A stretch of 64,000 bases of DNA from an uncultured Solirubrobacterales bacterium (GTDB taxonomy: Bacteria; Actinomycetota; Thermoleophilia; Solirubrobacterales; Solirubrobacteraceae), in assembly GCA_963743345.1 (NCBI GenBank), contig CAVUPW010000016.1:506-64505 (forward strand). Reading direction: 5' to 3'. Under the pieces are notes generated by a model. The model saw only the letters and a list, made by a program, of their open reading frames with translations, made no database searches and had not been told where the DNA came from. Both the position numbers and the translations under genes were made by a program. Positions 61,981 to 64,000 of the stretch are shown here, one piece after another (within the stretch, counting starts at the first letter, position 1; the number at the start of each line of letters is the position of its first letter).

Positions 61981-63495
61981 TTACGGCCCGTGCACGAGAG
62001 CCTGCGAGGCGTCGGGGGCGACCGTGATCTCGATCTCCGACGGGAACCGCTCCCAGGCAATCAGGTCGAGCGCCTGGAGGCGATCGAGCATGGCCTGGAG
62101 GGCGGCGGCCTGGGCGCGGGTCGCGTAGTGGCGGGCGATCGTGAACGACCACCCCGCGGCGGCCGGCGGGTCGCTCACCCCGAGCAGCTGCTGGTAGCGC
62201 GCATCGCTCACCGCGCTGGCAACGGACAACGTCGTGGCCGGGCCCCCCGATAGCGCGCGCACCCGCGCGGCCAGCGCGACCAGGAGGTCGAGCGCGGGCG
62301 CCCGCAGCCCCCGGTAAAGCGCCGGCTCGAACCCGAGCCGCGGCGCGAGCGCGCCGATGCGCGAGTCATAGCGCAGCCCCAGCCGAGCTGCGTTGCCGGG
62401 GAGCGGCAGGATCACACGATCGGCATAGGCGCGGTCGAGCGCATCCGGCGTCGCGAATGGGTGCAGGCTTGCCGGCGGGTGCAGGACTTGGGCACTCGAG
62501 TCGGCTGCCGTCTGCAGCGCGATCAGCCGTTCGAGCGCCGGCCGGTCCTCGCGATACAGGCGCATGATCCGCTGCGCCCCGAGCAGGCGCCAGTAGTAGA
62601 GCGAGGAGTCGTCGCCGAAGCTCGAGAGCAGCGCATACGCCGCCCGGTTGTGGTCCGGCGCGGTGTCGAAGTAGACCTGTGGATACGGGACGGCTCGGCC
62701 GCTGTCGTACAGGTCGAGCACGCGCTGCAGGTTGCCGATGCCCATGTGGTAGGACTCGAAGGCGAGGTCCACTCGCCCCAGATGCTGCTGGGCGATCTGC
62801 AGGTAGCGCACGGTGGCCGCCAGCGCCTTCACGGGGTCGAAGCGGTCGTCGATCCGGGCCCGAGCCCGCTCCAGGCGCGCGGCCAGGCCGCTCTGCCCGC
62901 GCGCCGCGGCCTCGTCGATCCGCCCGGTGAGCTTGCGGCTGCGCCCCAGGTCGATGTGCATGCCCAGCAGCGAGCTGCCGGTCTGGGCCAGGATCTGGGT
63001 CAGCCCCGAGGCGTTGACCGGATCGCCTCCAACCACGACGTCCGGCCGCCCGGCGCTCTCGACGAATACGAGCGCCTCGACCAGGCCCGGGTCGAAGCCC
63101 GTGCCGGCTACGGCTCGGTCGATGAGCGCTCGGAGGCTGGCCACCCGGCCCGCCGTGGCCAAGACCCCACCCGGGCTCTTCACGTACAGGACGTGGGCGC
63201 TGCCGGCCACCGCCCGGGCCACGAAGTCGGACTGGCGGCTCGCCACGTAGGCAAACGGGTCACCCGGCTTGGCCGGTTTCCCGATACCCGGCAGCGGCAG
63301 CGGTGGCGGCCCCGACTCGCCGCCCGGCGTGGCCAGGATGACCGCGGCGATCGCGATCACCGCGGTGCCGGCGGCGATGCCGGCGGCCGTCAGGCGCCGC
63401 CGGCGGACGGCCGAGCGCGGTGCGCGCACGGTGGCCGGGCGCCGCGAGCTCACGGTGGCCGCGCGCCGCAAGCGCACGTCCCGCCGCGCCCGCAC
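61981..63495 (-). CDS. Lytic transglycosylase (SLT) domain protein
   Basis: TM helix, EALVFVESAG, ASGLTQI, FDPVKAL..RYL, ESYHMGIGN. Confidence 0.78.
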   Translation of the reverse strand: MRARRDVRLRRAATVSSRRPATVRAPRSAVRRRRLTAAGIAAGTAVIAIAAVILATPGGESGPPPLPLPGIGKPAKPGDPFAYVASRQSDFVARAVAGSAHVLYVKSPGGVLATAGRVASLRALIDRAVAGTGFDPGLVEALVFVESAGRPDVVVGGDPVNASGLTQILAQTGSSLLGMHIDLGRSRKLTGRIDEAAARGQSGLAARLERARARIDDRFDPVKALAATVRYLQIAQQHLGRVDLAFESYHMGIGNLQRVLDLYDSGRAVPYPQVYFDTAPDHNRAAYALLSSFGDDSSLYYWRLLGAQRIMRLYREDRPALERLIALQTAADSSAQVLHPPASLHPFATPDALDRAYADRVILPLPGNAARLGLRYDSRIGALAPRLGFEPALYRGLRAPALDLLVALAARVRALSGGPATTLSVASAVSDARYQQLLGVSDPPAAAGWSFTIARHYATRAQAAALQAMLDRLQALDLIAWERFPSEIEITVAPDASQALVHGP

Positions 63496-63499
63496 CCGA

Positions 63500-64000
63500 T
63501 CACCGGTAGACGAGGACCATCCGCTTGCAGGCGGCGGCGTGCGCCGGGTCCACGTGGCTGGGGAACACCTTCCAGCCGGGCCCTGCGATCGGGTAGATGT
63601 TCACCAGCGGGTGCGGGTGCGCCGTGAGATAGCCCGGGCTGACGTACAGCACGCCGGTCTTCACCCCCGCGTACCAGGCGAAGATCGACTGGTACTCGAT
63701 CGGGATGTTGGGCTGCCCGCACGCGAAGATGTTGCCCGTCCCCAGCACCCTGATCACGCCCGACAGGCGTCCGATCAGCACCGTGCGCGCCCGCTCGTGG
63801 CGCAGGTCCTGGCGCTCGAGCCGGTACTGATGGTGAGCCGCTCCCAGCATCGAGCCGGCGATCACCGCCACGGCCACCAGCGTGCCCCATGCGCCCACCT
63901 GGGTGGCCGGCCGTGGGCCGAAGCGGTCGCCCCCAAGCCGCCGGACCCCTGCGGCGAGCAGCGCCGGCAGCTCGTGGACGACGCGGCCGACGAAAACGGC
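63500..64000 (-). CDS. C-terminal part of a membrane protein (start lies beyond the window)
   Basis: Open frame with a TM helix (WGTLVAVAVIAG) ending at 63500. Confidence 0.5.
   Translation of the reverse strand, partial: AVFVGRVVHELPALLAAGVRRLGGDRFGPRPATQVGAWGTLVAVAVIAGSMLGAAHHQYRLERQDLRHERARTVLIGRLSGVIRVLGTGNIFACGQPNIPIEYQSIFAWYAGVKTGVLYVSPGYLTAHPHPLVNIYPIAGPGWKVFPSHVDPAHAAACKRMVLVYR

Overview
High-GC (roughly 70%) chromosomal origin region of an actinobacterium. Gene content and order suggest a deep-branching Thermoleophilia/Solirubrobacterales-like lineage (inference). Left to right: a frameshifted HTH/Rep-like island next to tRNA-Ile(GAT); parB-parA-rsmG; a small LAGLIDADG-like gene; jag-yidC-yidD-rnpA-rpmH; and dnaA-oriC-dnaN-recF-dciA. 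Next is an inserted c-di-GMP module (membrane GGDEF-EAL protein, two tandem c-di-GMP-I riboswitches, secreted S8 protease with a Trp-pentapeptide tail), then gyrB-gyrA, a second diguanylate cyclase, a candidate structured small RNA, HNH and pheA. These are followed by the fhaA-fhaB-pstP-rodA-pbpA-pknB-ddl cell-wall signalling cluster with two extra Ser/Thr kinases, uppP/dedA, and a polysaccharide locus containing two ASST-type sulfotransferases, comA, a histidine phosphatase and an ATP-grasp enzyme. The window ends with hydrolases, an SDR and a lytic transglycosylase. Several essential genes are split by 1-nt indels, so the assembly has long-read-type errors. Most notable: (1) the c-di-GMP module, with a shared sigma28/WhiG-like promoter motif at three c-di-GMP loci; (2) a 45-bp inverted copy of the oriC DnaA-box segment about 28 kb away; (3) a LAGLIDADG-like gene preceded by a split parS-like palindrome and a ~205-nt rod-like hairpin; (4) a possible sulfolactate/sulfate-modified exopolysaccharide pathway.
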